A DNA stretch of 64,000 nucleotides from Candidatus Aminicenantales bacterium (GCA_049512315.1 JBEKXF010000022.1:1-64000); one strand, 5' to 3'; counted from the first letter of the stretch, positions 1 to 18,746 are shown. The notes: a model not told the origin generated them from the sequence alone. Program-made: numbers and translations.

Positions 1-33
1 AACGCTTCGGAGGTTCGAATCCTTCCCTGCCCA
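1..33 (+). tRNA. 3' part of a tRNA, most likely tRNA-Tyr (cut by window edge)
   Basis: T-arm GGAGGTTCGAATCCTTCC and acceptor 3' strand CCTGCCCA. Position matches the conserved Tyr-Gly-Thr-tuf arrangement; anticodon not visible. Confidence 0.75.
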
Positions 34-37
34 TTTC

Positions 38-111
<74 letters not shown>

Positions 112-129
112 CTTTCACGAGCTTGTCGG

Positions 130-202
130 GCCCAAGTAGCTCAGTTGGCAGAGCACGTCCTTGGTAAGGACGGGGTCACCAGTTCAATTCTGGTCTTGGG
201 CT
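130..202 (+). tRNA. tRNA-Thr(GGT)
   Basis: GCCCAAG...CTTGGGCT; anticodon arm CGTCC-TTGGTAA-GGACG; CCA not encoded. Confidence 0.97.
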
Positions 203-256
203 TTCATGATCGCAGACGGTGGTCCTCAAAGATAGGGCCTCGGGAGGTGTGAGAGA

Positions 257-1456
<1,200 letters not shown>

Positions 1457-1498
1457 GGGCCGAAGGACGGAGAGGAATATCCGAGGGAAGGTTCGAAC

Positions 1499-1648
1499 AT
1501 GCGGGAGATGATCACGCTTCAATGCGGCGAGTGCAAGCGCCGGAATTATTCTTCGACAAGGAACAAGAAAAAGCAGACGGACAAGCTCGAGATCAAGAAG
1601 TACTGCCCGTTCTGCCGGAAGCACACGCTTCACAAGGAAGTCAAGTGA
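1499..1648 (+). CDS. rpmG: 50S ribosomal protein L33 (Zn-binding type)
   Basis: Hand-translated [17 protein letters not shown]...[16 protein letters not shown], 49 aa; too short for the ORF track. Confidence 0.97.
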   Translation: MREMITLQCGECKRRNYSSTRNKKKQTDKLEIKKYCPFCRKHTLHKEVK

Positions 1649-1671
1649 GGGACCAGTGAGGAGAGAGGGAC

Positions 1672-1747
<76 letters not shown>

Positions 1748-1806
1748 TGCTTTCTCCGGCCGGCCGGAACGGGTCCGGCCGGAGGACGCTCTGCGAGGGC
1801 CAAGCC

Positions 1807-2019
1807 ATGAATGACAAGATTCGCTGGTACAAACGGTTCGGGAACTTTTTGAAGGACGTCAGGTCGGAGCTCAAGAAGGTCACCTGGCCTTCCCGGAACG
1901 AGGTCTACAGCACGACCATCGTCGTCATCGCGGCGACGATCTTCTTCGGCTTCTACCTCTTTTTCATGGACGTCATCTTTACCTGGGTCCTCGGCAAGGT
2001 CCAGTCCCTGTTCGGCTAA
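1807..2019 (+). CDS. secE: Preprotein translocase subunit SecE
   Basis: FLKDVRSELKKVTWPSR motif plus one TM helix; start moved to ATG 1807, after the tRNA. Confidence 0.95.
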   Translation: MNDKIRWYKRFGNFLKDVRSELKKVTWPSRNEVYSTTIVVIAATIFFGFYLFFMDVIFTWVLGKVQSLFG

Positions 2020-2039
2020 TTAGATTAAGGATACAGGCG

Positions 2040-2570
2040 ATGGCAAAAAACTGGTATGTCGTTCATACCTACTCGGGTTTCGAGAAGTTCGTGGCGGAGA
2101 CCATCAAGCAGAAGGCCGCCGAGGTCCACTTGGAGGACCAGGTCGGGCAGATCATCATCCCGACCGAGGACGTCATCGAGATCCGGGCGGGGAAAAAGGT
2201 CGTCTCCACGAAGAGGTCTTATCCGGGCTACATCCTCGTCGAAATGGAGATGAACGATGAGAACTGGCTGATGATCCGCCAGGTCCCCAAGGTCACGGGC
2301 TTCGTGGGGTCCGGGCGGACGCCCACGCCCTTGACCAAAAAGGACGTCAGCCAGATCGTGGAGCATATGGAGACCACCTCGGAGAAACCCAAGCCAAAGC
2401 ACTCGTTCGATAAGGGCGAGGCCGTCCGGATCATCGACGGCCCCTTCTTCAACTTCAGCGGGATCGTTGAGGAGGTCAACCACGAGCGGAGCACCCTGAA
2501 GGTCCTCGTCACCATCTTCGGCCGGTCGACGCCCGTGGAGCTCGAGTTCCTGCAGGTGGAAAAGCTTTAG
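2040..2570 (+). CDS. nusG: Transcription termination/antitermination factor NusG
   Basis: [27 protein letters not shown]...[10 protein letters not shown]. Confidence 0.98.
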   Translation: MAKNWYVVHTYSGFEKFVAETIKQKAAEVHLEDQVGQIIIPTEDVIEIRAGKKVVSTKRSYPGYILVEMEMNDENWLMIRQVPKVTGFVGSGRTPTPLTKKDVSQIVEHMETTSEKPKPKHSFDKGEAVRIIDGPFFNFSGIVEEVNHERSTLKVLVTIFGRSTPVELEFLQVEKL

Positions 2571-2579
2571 GAGGACGAG

Positions 2580-3011
2580 ATGTCGAAAGAAGTCATCGCG
2601 AAGATCAAGCTCGAGATCGTGGCGGGCCAGGCGAGCCCCGCCCCCCCCGTCGGCCCCGCCCTCGGCCAGCACGGCGTCAACATTATGCAGTTCGTCCGCG
2701 AGTTCAACGACCGGACGGGCAAGATGGACGAAGGGACCGTCGTCCCGGTCCTGATCACCGTCTTCAAGGACAAGTCGTTCAATTTCCTCATCAAGACGCC
2801 CCCGGCCTCCTACCTCCTGAAGAAGGCGGCCGGCATCGCCAAGGGCTCCGGGGCGCCGAACAAGGACAAGGTCGGGAAGGTCACCTGGAAGCAGATCGAG
2901 GACATCGCCCGGACGAAGCTCCCCGATCTCAACGCCTACGATATCGAGGCGGCCAAGAAGATCATCGAAGGGACCGCTAAAAACATGGGATTGGAGATCG
3001 TCAGTGAATAA
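2580..3011 (+). CDS. rplK: 50S ribosomal protein L11
   Basis: [19 protein letters not shown]. Confidence 0.98.
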   Translation: MSKEVIAKIKLEIVAGQASPAPPVGPALGQHGVNIMQFVREFNDRTGKMDEGTVVPVLITVFKDKSFNFLIKTPPASYLLKKAAGIAKGSGAPNKDKVGKVTWKQIEDIARTKLPDLNAYDIEAAKKIIEGTAKNMGLEIVSE

Positions 3012-3702
3012 GCGCGGCAAGAACTACGTCAAGGCCAGAGAGGTCAAGGGACAGGAGGTCCGGGAGTACTCCGTCGAGGAGGCCGTCGCCCTCCTCAAGA
3101 AGGCCCACTATGCCAAGTTCGACGAGTCGGTGGACGTGTCCGTCCGGCTGGGCATCAACCCTAAATACTCGGACCAGATGGTCAGGGGGACGATCGTCCT
3201 GCCCCATGGCACGGGCAAGACCAAGAAGATCTGCGTCATCGCGGCCGGCGAGAAGATCAAGGAGGCCGAAGAGGCCGGGGCCGATCACGCCGGAGGCGAG
3301 GAGCTTATCGAAAAGATCGCCGGCGGCTGGATCGACTTCGACGTCGTCATCGCCACCCCGGACGTCATGCGCGGGGTCGGGAAGCTCGGCCGGATCCTGG
3401 GGACCAAGGGCCTGATGCCCAACCCCAAGTCCGGCACGGTGACTTTCGACATCAAGAAGGCCGTCGCCGAGACCAAGGCCGGCAAGGTCGAGTTCCGCGT
3501 GGACAAGACCAGCATCGTCCACACCACGGTGGGGAAGGTGTCTTTCCCCGAGGCCAAGCTCGCGGAGAACGTCCAGACCTTCATCCAAGCCATCGTCCAC
3601 GCCAAGCCGCCGGCCGCCAAGGGCAAGTACATCCGGAGCATGTTCATCTCGTCGACCATGGGGCCGTCGTTCAAGATCTCCGAGGACATCTTAGAGAAAT
3701 AG
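3004..3702 (+). CDS. rplA: 50S ribosomal protein L1
   Basis: [33 protein letters not shown] start overlapping rplK. Confidence 0.98.
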   Translation: MNKRGKNYVKAREVKGQEVREYSVEEAVALLKKAHYAKFDESVDVSVRLGINPKYSDQMVRGTIVLPHGTGKTKKICVIAAGEKIKEAEEAGADHAGGEELIEKIAGGWIDFDVVIATPDVMRGVGKLGRILGTKGLMPNPKSGTVTFDIKKAVAETKAGKVEFRVDKTSIVHTTVGKVSFPEAKLAENVQTFIQAIVHAKPPAAKGKYIRSMFISSTMGPSFKISEDILEK

Positions 3703-3713
3703 GAGAGAGCGTC

Positions 3714-4238
3714 GTGAAGAAGGAAACAAAGGGACAAGTCATCAAGGCTCTCGAGGGCGTCGCCGACGCCAACAGCACATACTACCTGGTGGACTTCAAG
3801 CGGATGAAGGTGTCCCAGGCCGTGGAGCTCCGCAAGCTCCTCCGGAAGAACGGCCACACCTACAAGGTGGTCAAGAACAGGCTGGCCCTGCGGGCTCTCA
3901 GCCGGCGGGCCCCGGCCGAGCTCAAACCGTTCTTCGAGAAACCCACGGCGATCGCCTTCGCCGCCCAGGACCCCATCGGGCTGGCCAAGATCCTCAAGGA
4001 TTACTCCGCCCAGGGCAAGGTCCTGGCGGTCAAGGCCGGTGTCGTCGAAGGCCAGTACATGGCCCCGGAGCGGTTCGACGAGCTCGCCCGGCTCACCTCC
4101 CGCAACGATCTCATCGGGAAGATCGGATTCATGATCGCCTCGCCGCTTGTCCGGCTCATGCGGACCCTCCAGGCCCCCCTGGGGAACATGGGGAGCCTGC
4201 TGAGCCAGCTCGGGACCAAGAAACAGGACGGGAAATAA
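3714..4238 (+). CDS. rplJ: 50S ribosomal protein L10
   Basis: ELRK...KVVKNRL motif; position between rplA and rplL. Confidence 0.95.
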   Translation: MKKETKGQVIKALEGVADANSTYYLVDFKRMKVSQAVELRKLLRKNGHTYKVVKNRLALRALSRRAPAELKPFFEKPTAIAFAAQDPIGLAKILKDYSAQGKVLAVKAGVVEGQYMAPERFDELARLTSRNDLIGKIGFMIASPLVRLMRTLQAPLGNMGSLLSQLGTKKQDGK

Positions 4239-4286
4239 TCGATGGAGGTCGATACGACCCAAGACCAAATAAAGGAGACTCGTGAC

Positions 4287-4673
<387 letters not shown>

Positions 4674-4747
4674 ATCGCAAGGCCCGGTTGGCTGATCATC
4701 CATTTTCCTAAAATGGACTCAGGACACGAAAAGCTCTTATCAAGAGA

Positions 4748-9036
<4,289 letters not shown>

Positions 9037-9037
<1 letters not shown>

Positions 9038-12000
9038 TGGATATCAGGCCGCCGATGGGTCCAAGACCGAAGCCCGATTTCGACCGGGTCAGGATCAGCA
9101 TCGCCTCCCCCGAAAAGATTAAGAGCTGGTCCTGGGGCGAGGTGACCAAGCCCGAGACCATCAACTACAGGACCTTCAAGCCCGAGAAGGACGGCCTTTT
9201 CTGCGCCAAGATCTTCGGCCCCATCAATGACTTCGAATGCCTCTGCGGCAAGTACAAGAGGATGAAATACCGGGGCATCATCTGCGAGAGGTGCGGCGTC
9301 GAAGTGACCAAGTCCAAGGTCCGCCGCGAGCGGATGGGCCACATCCTGCTGGCCTCGCCCGTCGCCCACATCTGGTTCTTCAAGAGCCCCCCGAGCCGGA
9401 TCGGGCTGGTTCTGGACCTGTCGATCAAGGACCTGGAGAAGGTCCTCTATTTCGAGTCCTACATCGTCATCGATCCCGCCGATACCCCGCTCAAGGAAAA
9501 ACAGCTCCTGAACGAGGAGGAGTTCAAGGACGCCCAGGAAAAATACGGCGACAAGTTCGAGGCCTCGATCGGCGCCGAGGCCATCAAGGTCCTCCTCGAG
9601 AAGATCAACATCCAGAAGGAGGCCGAGCGGCTGAGGAAGCTGATGAAGAAGGAGACCTCCCAACAGCGGAGGCTCCGTTACGCCAAACGCCTGCGGGTCT
9701 TCAAGGCCCTCAAGCGGTCGGGCAATCGCCCGGAGTGGATGGTTCTGGACGTCATCCCGGTCATCCCGCCCGACCTCAGGCCTCTCGTCCGGCTGGACGG
9801 CGGCCGTTTCGCCACCTCCGACCTCAATGACCTCTACCGGAGGGTCATCAACCGCAATAACCGGCTAAAGAAGCTCATCGAACTCAAAGCCCCCGAGCTC
9901 ATCATCCGCAACGAGAAGCGGATGCTCCAGGAAGCCGTGGACGCCCTATTTGACAACGGGAAGCGCGGCCGGGTCCACCTCGGAGCCAACCGGCGGCCCC
10001 TCAAGTCCCTGAGCGAGGCCCTCCGCGGCAAGCAGGGGAGGTTCCGCCAGAACCTGCTTGGCAAGCGGGTGGACTACTCGGGCCGGTCCGTCATCGTCGT
10101 CGGTCCCGAGCTCAAGCTGAACCAGTGCGGGCTTCCCAAGAAGATGGCCCTCGAGCTATTCAAGCCTTTTATTTTCAACAGGTTGGAAAAGGAGGGGCTC
10201 GTCCCGAGCGTTAAAGTCGCCCGCGAGTGGCACGAACAGGAGCGGCCCGAAGTTTGGGACTACCTGGAGGAGGTCGTCCGGGAGCATCCCATCCTCCTCA
10301 ACCGCGCGCCCACCCTCCACCGGCTGGGCATCCAGGCCTTCGAGCCCCTCCTCGTCGAGGGCAAGGCCATCCAGATCCATCCCCTGGTCTGTGCCGCTTT
10401 TAACGCCGACTTCGACGGGGACCAGATGGCCGTCCATATCCCGCTTTCCGTGGAGGCCCAGATCGAGGCCCAGACCCTGATGCTCTCGACGAACAATATC
10501 TTGTCTCCCGCCCACGGCCGGCCCCTGACCATCCCGAGCCAGGACATGGTCCTGGGCTGCTATTACCTGACCCTGGAAAAGAGGGGCCAGAAAGGGGAGG
10601 GCCGCATCTTCGGCCGGCCCGAGGAAGTCCTGCTGGCCCTGGAAAACAAGGAGATCTCGCTCCAGAGCGCCGTCAAGCTGCGCTTCACGGGGCCTTTCAT
10701 GAACCTGGCCACCTACTACGACGACCAGGCCGTCATGACCTGCCCCGTCCAGGAGATCGCCGCGGAACTCATCGAAACGACCCCGGGCCGGATCATCTTC
10801 AACGGCGTCCTCCCCAAGGGCGTCCCTTATGTCAACGGCATGGTCCGGAAGAAGGGCCTCGAGAACCTCGTCTTTTACACTTACCTGAAGGTTGGCCTGG
10901 GGCCGACGGTCGAGATGCTCGACGCCCTGAAGGAGCTCGGCTTCACCTACGCGACCCGGGCCGGCTTTTCCCTGGGCATCGATGATTTCGTCATCCCGAA
11001 GGAGAAGAGCCACCTCGTGGACAAGGCCCAGAGAGAAGTCCAGGAGATCGAGAACCTCTACCGGGACGGCACGATCTCCTCGGGCGAGCGCTTCAATCGG
11101 GTCATCGAGATCTGGGGAACGGTCACCGACAAGGTCTCAAACGCCATGATGGAGGAGATGCGCAAGATCAGCCTCGAAGGCAAGGAGCTCAACCCCCTGT
11201 TCGTTATGGCCGAATCCGGCTCGCGCGGCAACAAGCAGCAGATCCGGCAGCTGGCCGGCATGCGCGGCCTCATGTCCAAGCCCTCGGGCGAGATCCTGGA
11301 GACGCCCATCACCGCGAACCTCCGGGAGGGCTTGGACGTTCTGCAGTACTTCATTTCGACGCACGGCGCCCGGAAGGGCCTGGCCGACACCGCCCTCAAG
11401 ACGGCCAACTCCGGCTACCTGACCCGGAAGCTCGTGGATGTTTGCCAGGAAGTCATCGTCGACGAGCACGACTGCGGCACCCTCAAGGGCATCAACGTTT
11501 CGGCCATCGTCGAGAACGGCGAAATCATCGAGCCGTTCATCGACCGGATCGTGGGCCGCGTCGCTCTCGAGAGGGTCGTCAACCCGGACAATGGCGAACC
11601 CATCGTCGACATGAACGAGGAGATCACCGAGCAGGTCGCCCACGAGTTTCAGAACCTGGGTATCGAGCGGGTCAAGATCCGCTCCCTCCTCACCTGCGAG
11701 TCCAAGCGCGGCATCTGCCAGCTCTGCTACGGGCGGAGCCCGGCCAGCGGCCGCATGGTCGAACTCGGCGAGGCGGCCGGGATCGTGGCTGCCCAGTCCA
11801 TCGGCGAGCCGGGCACCCAGCTCACCATGAGGACCTTCCACGTCGGCGGCATCGCCATGGGCGGGGCCGAGAAGTCCAAGCTCGAGGCCAAGAACGAGGG
11901 CGTTGTCCGTTTCAACAACCTCAAGGCCGTCGAGAACAAGGACGGGACCCTCATCGTCGTCAACCGCAACGCCAACATCGCCATCCTGGATCACCGGAGG

Positions 12001-13287
12001 CGCGAGGTCGAGCACTACCAGGTCCCCTACGGCGCCAAGGTCCTCGTCAAGGACGGGGCGGAGATCAAGGCCCGCCAGGGGTTCGCCGAATGGGACCCCT
12101 TCAACACGTTCATCCTGACCGAGGAAACGGGCGATGCTCGGTTCCACGAGGTCGATCGCGGCGAAAGCATGGAAGAGGTCCAGGACGAGTTCACGGGACT
12201 GATCACGCAGGTTATCATCGAGCCCAAGAACGAGAAGCTTCAGCCTCAGATCGAGGTCCTCGACCCGATAATGGTTAAGATTCATGACCCGGGAGAGACG
12301 CGATATAAGAAACACGAAGTGGTCGAAAAGACTTCGGTTGACGCAGAAAACGAAAAGGCTAGAAAGAAGGGCAGTAAAGAAGCGAATTATGAGCGCGTCG
12401 TCCTCCGGAAATACTTCCTGCCCTCGGGCGCGAACCTCGAGATCAAGGACGCGGACCGGGTCTTTGCCGGCGAGGTCCTGGCCAAGATCCCGCGCGAGGC
12501 GGCCCGCACCAAGGACATCACGGGCGGCCTGCCGCGGGCCGAGGAGCTGTTCGAGGCCCGCCGGCCCAAGAACCCCGCGGTCATCTCCGAGATCGACGGG
12601 ACGATCCAGATCGAGGGGCTGGTCAGGGGATATCGGAAGATCATGGTCCGCAACGAGCGCGGCGGCGAGAAGGAATACCTCGTCCCCAAAGGCGCCCACC
12701 TGAGCGTCTCCGACGGGGAAAGGATCCGGGCCGGTGACGCCCTGATGGACGGCCCGGTCAACCCCCATGATATCCTCCGCGTCCTGGGGGAGAAGGAGCT
12801 GGCCGAATACCTCCTCAAGGAGATCCAGGCCGTCTACCGGCTCCAGGGTGTTCCCATCAACGACAAGCACATCGAGACGATCATCCGGATGATGCTGCGC
12901 TGGGTCAAGGTCGAGGAGGTCGGGGACACCGAGTTCCTGGTGGACGAACAGGTGGACAAGTTCATCTTCCAGGAGGAGAACGAGAAGGTCATGAAAAAGG
13001 GCGGCAAGCCGGCCAAAGCCCGGCCCCTGCTCCTGGGGATCACCAAGAGCGCCCTGAGCACGGACAGCTTCATCGCCGCGGCCTCCTTCCAGGAGACGAC
13101 GCGGGTCCTGACCGAAGCCAGTCTCTATGGGAAAGTGGATTATCTGAGGAGATTGAAGGAGAACATCATCATGGGCCGGCTGATCCCGGCCGGGACGGGG
13201 TACAAGTTCTACCGGAACGTAGAGCTCAAGGAAGAAATGCAGCCCGTCCTCCCTGAGAAGGAAAAGGAGGTCGTGCCGGAGACCTGA
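9037..13287 (+). CDS. rpoC: RNA polymerase beta' subunit
   Basis: NADFDGDQM catalytic motif, N-terminal Zn finger, [23 protein letters not shown]. Confidence 0.99.
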
Positions 13288-13321
13288 ATCCGGCGTCCGG
13301 CCTGAAATTTCCTCAAATTTC

Positions 13322-13350
13322 TTGACAGGAATAGCAATTTTTGCTATTAT
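13322..13350 (+). promoter_or_regulatory. sigma70-type promoter of the rpsL (str) operon
   Basis: TTGACA-17 nt-TATTAT in the AT-rich rpoC-rpsL gap. Confidence 0.85.
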
Positions 13351-13429
13351 CCCGATATTCGCCTCCGGACTATCTTCCAGGGGATGAATAAAGCTCCATT
13401 TGGAAATTCGCATAGAGGAGTATTTTTAA

Positions 13430-13816
13430 TTGCCAACCGTCAACCAACTTGTCAGGAATGGCAGGACGCTGAAGAAGTACAAAAGCAAATCGCCGGCCCT
13501 CGAGGCCTGCCCTCAGAAGCGAGGGGTCTGCACGCGCGTCTTCACGACCACTCCCAAGAAGCCGAATTCGGCCATGCGGAAAGTCGCCCGGGTGCGGTTG
13601 ACCAATAACATCGAAGTCACGGGATATATCCCCGGCGTCGGACACAACCTTCAGGAACACTCGATCGTCCTGATCAGGGGAGGCCGCGTCAAGGACCTGC
13701 CCGGAGTCCGCTACCACATCATCCGCGGCACGCTGGACTGCGAGGGTGTCCAGAGCCGCTTCAAGGCGCGTTCCCGGTATGGGGCCAAGAGGCCTAAAGA
13801 GAAGAAGGCCGCCTAG
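13430..13816 (+). CDS. rpsL: 30S ribosomal protein S12
   Basis: [30 protein letters not shown] start after AGGAG. Confidence 0.99.
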   Translation: MPTVNQLVRNGRTLKKYKSKSPALEACPQKRGVCTRVFTTTPKKPNSAMRKVARVRLTNNIEVTGYIPGVGHNLQEHSIVLIRGGRVKDLPGVRYHIIRGTLDCEGVQSRFKARSRYGAKRPKEKKAA

Positions 13817-13831
13817 GAGAGGAGAGACATC

Positions 13832-14302
13832 ATGCCGAGACGCGGGATCGTAAAAAAGAGGAAAACGCCGGCCGACCCGTTCTACAACAGCACCGTCGTC
13901 GCCCGGCTCATCAACCTTCTGCTCCGCAAGGGAAAGAAGACCACGGCCGAGCGCGTGGTGTACGGGACGATGGACATCGTCAAGCAGAAGACCAAGGAAG
14001 ACCCCCTAAAGATCCTGGAAAAGGCCCTGGAGAATGTCCGGCCGCTCCTCGAGACGAAATCGCGGCGGGTCGGCGGGGCGAACTACCAGGTTCCGATCGA
14101 GGTCGCACCCAACCGGTCCTTCTCCCTCGGGGTCCGCTGGCTGCTCCACTACGCCAAGGAGAGGAGCGGCAAGAGCATGGAAGAGAAGCTCTCGGCCGAG
14201 ATCGTCGACGCCATCAACAACCGGGGCGGGGCGGTCAAGAAGAGGGAAGACACGCACAAGATGGCGGAGTCCAACCGGGCCTTCGCTCATTATAAATGGT
14301 AA
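13832..14302 (+). CDS. rpsG: 30S ribosomal protein S7
   Basis: MPRRG, SRRVGGANYQVP, HKMAESNRAFAHY. Confidence 0.99.
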   Translation: MPRRGIVKKRKTPADPFYNSTVVARLINLLLRKGKKTTAERVVYGTMDIVKQKTKEDPLKILEKALENVRPLLETKSRRVGGANYQVPIEVAPNRSFSLGVRWLLHYAKERSGKSMEEKLSAEIVDAINNRGGAVKKREDTHKMAESNRAFAHYKW

Positions 14303-14355
14303 GTCGCTCTTGAAAGTTCCTCGAGTGATCCGGTTCGATATGGAGAAGAGAGTTT

Positions 14356-16455
14356 ATGCGGTCATACCCGATCGAGCGAGTGAGAAACATCGGTATCATG
14401 GCCCATATCGACGCCGGGAAGACCACGACGACGGAACGGATTCTGTTCTATACGGGTATGACCTACAAGATGGGAGAGGTGGACGAAGGGACGGCCGTGA
14501 TGGACTGGATGGTCCAGGAGCAGGAGCGTGGGATCACCATTACATCGGCCGCCACGATGTGCACTTGGAATGACCACCGTATCAATATCATTGATACGCC
14601 CGGTCATGTGGATTTCACCGCGGAGGTCGAGCGCTCCCTGAGGGTGCTCGACGGCGCGATAGCCATACTGTGTGGAGTTGGCGGCGTCGAACCGCAGTCC
14701 GAGACAGTGTGGCGCCAGGCCGACAAGTACCGGGTCCCCCGGATCGTGTTCATCAACAAGATGGACAGGATAGGGGCCGATCCGGAACGGGCGATTCAGC
14801 AGCTGAAGAGCCGGGTGGCGGCCAAGCCCCTGCCGGTCCAGATTCCCCTGGGACGGGAAGACGGATTCCGCGGCGTGATCGACCTCATCGAAGAGAAAGA
14901 GATCGACTGGGGTCAGGAGATCCTAGGGACGGATTTTGTCGTCCGGGACGTCTCGGACGAGAACCGCGAGGACGTGAGGAAACAGAGACAGGACATGATC
15001 GAAATGCTGAGCGAGACCGATGATGCTCTGATGCAGAAGTATGTCGACGGGGTCGAGATCACTGCACCGGAGATCAAGGCGGCGGTCCGCAAGGGGACCA
15101 TTGGTCTCAAGTTCGTCCCGGTCCTTTTCGGGGCCTCGTTCCGGAACAAGGGAGTCCAGCCGCTCCTCGACGCCATCGTCGACTACCTGCCCTCGCCCGT
15201 GGACATCCTCCCGGTCGGAGGCCATCATCCCAAGACTCAGGCCCCGGAGGTGCGGCCCGCGTCCGACGACGTGCCCTTCTCCGGCCTCGTCTTCAAGATC
15301 ATGAACGATCCGTTCCTCGGGCACCTGGCCTACTTCCGGGTTTACTCCGGCAAGGCCAAGGTCGGCCAGTCGGTCTATAACTCGACCAAGGGCGAGGAAG
15401 AGAAGCTCTCCCGGCTTTTCGAGATCCATGCGAATAAGAGGACGGAGATCAAGGAGGTCTACGCGGGCGACATCGCCGCGATGGGCTCCCTGAAGAATAT
15501 CTCGACGGGCGATACCCTCTGCCTCAAGAGCCACCCCATCGTCCTCGAGTCCATCCGGTTCCCGGAGCCGGTCATTTCGGCGACGATCGAGCCCAAGACC
15601 AAGGCCGCCCATGTCAAGTTGACCCACGCCCTTGGCCGGTTCCAACTGGAGGATCCGACTGTGAAGATCGTCCAGGACCCCATGACGGGACAGACCCTCA
15701 TTAAGGGCATGGGCGAGCTTCATCTCGAGATCCTGATGGACAGGTTGGAGAGGGAATTCGGCGTCCAGGCCAACCTGGGCAAGCCCCAGGTCGCCTACAA
15801 GGAAACGATCCAGGCGGCCGCCGAGGGCGAGGGGAAATACGTCCGCCAGATCGGCGGCAAGGAGATCTACGGACACTGCGTCCTTCACGTCGAGGCCCTG
15901 AAGCGCGGCCGCGGCTTTGAGTTCGCCGACAGGACGCGGGGCGGGGTCATCCCGAGGGCGTTCATCGGCGACATCGAGAACGGCGTCCGGGAAGCCATGG
16001 AGGGGGGCCTCGTCGCGGGCTTCCCCGTGACCGATATCAAAGTGAGCCTCATCGACGGGTCCTATCATGAGACGGAATCCACCCCTCTCGCCTACAAGAT
16101 CGCCGCCTCCCTGGCCTTCCGGGAGGCCGCCAAGAAGGCGGGGCCGGTCCTCCTCGAGCCGATCATGAAGCTCGAGATCATCAGTCCTGACGAGTACATG
16201 GGCGACATCGTCGGCGACATCAACGCCCGGCGCGGGAAGGTCGAGGGGATGGAGATGCGGAGCGGCTCCCGGGTCATCAAGGTTCTCGTGCCGCTCGCGG
16301 GGATGTTCGGTTACGCGACGGCCCTCCGGACTCTGACCCAGGGGCGGGGCGTGTTCAGCCTGGAGTTCTTCCAGTACGACAAGACCCCGGCCCAGGTCCA
16401 GGACGACATCGTGGCCCGGACCGAGGGGCGGGTTCCCTTCCGGGATCAGGCATAA
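14356..16455 (+). CDS. fusA: Elongation factor G (divergent)
   Basis: [31 protein letters not shown]; str operon position. Confidence 0.96.
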   Translation: MRSYPIERVRNIGIMAHIDAGKTTTTERILFYTGMTYKMGEVDEGTAVMDWMVQEQERGITITSAATMCTWNDHRINIIDTPGHVDFTAEVERSLRVLDGAIAILCGVGGVEPQSETVWRQADKYRVPRIVFINKMDRIGADPERAIQQLKSRVAAKPLPVQIPLGREDGFRGVIDLIEEKEIDWGQEILGTDFVVRDVSDENREDVRKQRQDMIEMLSETDDALMQKYVDGVEITAPEIKAAVRKGTIGLKFVPVLFGASFRNKGVQPLLDAIVDYLPSPVDILPVGGHHPKTQAPEVRPASDDVPFSGLVFKIMNDPFLGHLAYFRVYSGKAKVGQSVYNSTKGEEEKLSRLFEIHANKRTEIKEVYAGDIAAMGSLKNISTGDTLCLKSHPIVLESIRFPEPVISATIEPKTKAAHVKLTHALGRFQLEDPTVKIVQDPMTGQTLIKGMGELHLEILMDRLEREFGVQANLGKPQVAYKETIQAAAEGEGKYVRQIGGKEIYGHCVLHVEALKRGRGFEFADRTRGGVIPRAFIGDIENGVREAMEGGLVAGFPVTDIKVSLIDGSYHETESTPLAYKIAASLAFREAAKKAGPVLLEPIMKLEIISPDEYMGDIVGDINARRGKVEGMEMRSGSRVIKVLVPLAGMFGYATALRTLTQGRGVFSLEFFQYDKTPAQVQDDIVARTEGRVPFRDQA

Positions 16456-16504
16456 GAGGTTTGTCATGTTTTTTAACACGGAAAACGCCAACAGGAGGTG
16501 AGCG

Positions 16505-17707
<1,203 letters not shown>

Positions 17708-17778
17708 ATCGTCCGCCGGCGGGCGCCCGCGCGCGCCGCCGGGCCTTGGGAATAAACCGGAGAACAGAGGAACGAACG

Positions 17779-18096
17779 ATGGAAAAAATCAGAATCAGAC
17801 TGCAGTCCTTCGACCACTGCTTGCTGGACCAATCGGTGAAAGATATCGTCGTCAAAGCGAAGCGCACGGGCGCGAGCGTCGCGGGCCCCATCCCTCTGCC
17901 GACGCGCATCCACAAGTTCTGCGTCCTCCGTTCTCCGCACGTGGACAAGAAGTCCCGCGAGCATTTCGAGATGAGGATCCACAAGAGGCTCATCGACATC
18001 ACCGAGTACAACAACGAGACGATCGAGGAGCTGCAGAAGTTGGAGCTGCCGGCGGGGATCGACGTCGAGATCCAGGCCTTCGGGGCGGGAGAATGA
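17779..18096 (+). CDS. rpsJ: 30S ribosomal protein S10
   Basis: [28 protein letters not shown]; 3' part of ORF 16930..18096. Confidence 0.98.
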   Translation: MEKIRIRLQSFDHCLLDQSVKDIVVKAKRTGASVAGPIPLPTRIHKFCVLRSPHVDKKSREHFEMRIHKRLIDITEYNNETIEELQKLELPAGIDVEIQAFGAGE

Positions 18097-18746
18097 TCAT
18101 GGTCGAAGGGTTGATCGGCAAGAAGATCGGCATGAGCCAGCGGTTCGACGACGACGGCAACGTCGTCCCCGTCACCCTCATCCAGGCGGGGCCCTGCACG
18201 GTCATCCAGATGAAGACCCGGGAGAAGGACGGCTACGCGGCCGTCCAGCTCGGGTTCGTCGAGGATAAGGGGGCCAAGAGGCCGGGGAAGGCCCAAGTCG
18301 GGCATTTCAAGAAGTCCGGCGTCCCCGTTGTCCGAAAGCTCCAGGAGGTCGGCTGCACCGAGCCGGCGGAAGTCAAGGAAGGGGACCAGGTCCTGGTCGA
18401 TATCTTCGAGGTCGGCGAGATGATCCATGTCGTCGGGACGAGCAAGGGCAAGGGCTTCGCCGGCGTCGTCAAGCGGCACCATTTCGCCGGCGGCGGCGCG
18501 GCCCACGGCTCGATGTTCCACCGGGCGCCCGGCTCGATCGGCGCCTCCTCCTACCCGTCCCGCGTTGTCAAGGGGATGCGGATGGGCGGCCACATGGGCG
18601 ATGAGCGGGTGACGGTCCGGAACCTCAAGGTCGTCGAGACGGACAAGGACAACAACCTCCTCGTGGTCAAGGGCGCGGTGCCCGGGGCCCGGGGGGGGTA
18701 CCTCCTGATCCGGAAAGGGACGGCCAGCGCCCGCAGCGCCAAGTAG
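18093..18746 (+). CDS. rplC: 50S ribosomal protein L3
   Basis: [24 protein letters not shown]; start could be 18099. Confidence 0.98.
   Translation: MIMVEGLIGKKIGMSQRFDDDGNVVPVTLIQAGPCTVIQMKTREKDGYAAVQLGFVEDKGAKRPGKAQVGHFKKSGVPVVRKLQEVGCTEPAEVKEGDQVLVDIFEVGEMIHVVGTSKGKGFAGVVKRHHFAGGGAAHGSMFHRAPGSIGASSYPSRVVKGMRMGGHMGDERVTVRNLKVVETDKDNNLLVVKGAVPGARGGYLLIRKGTASARSAK

Noticed and set aside
12268..12399. Intein or intron explanation for the rpoC insert
   Set aside because: No Cys/Ser start or His-Asn end, far too short, reading frame intact, and it is homologous to an RNAP module instead.
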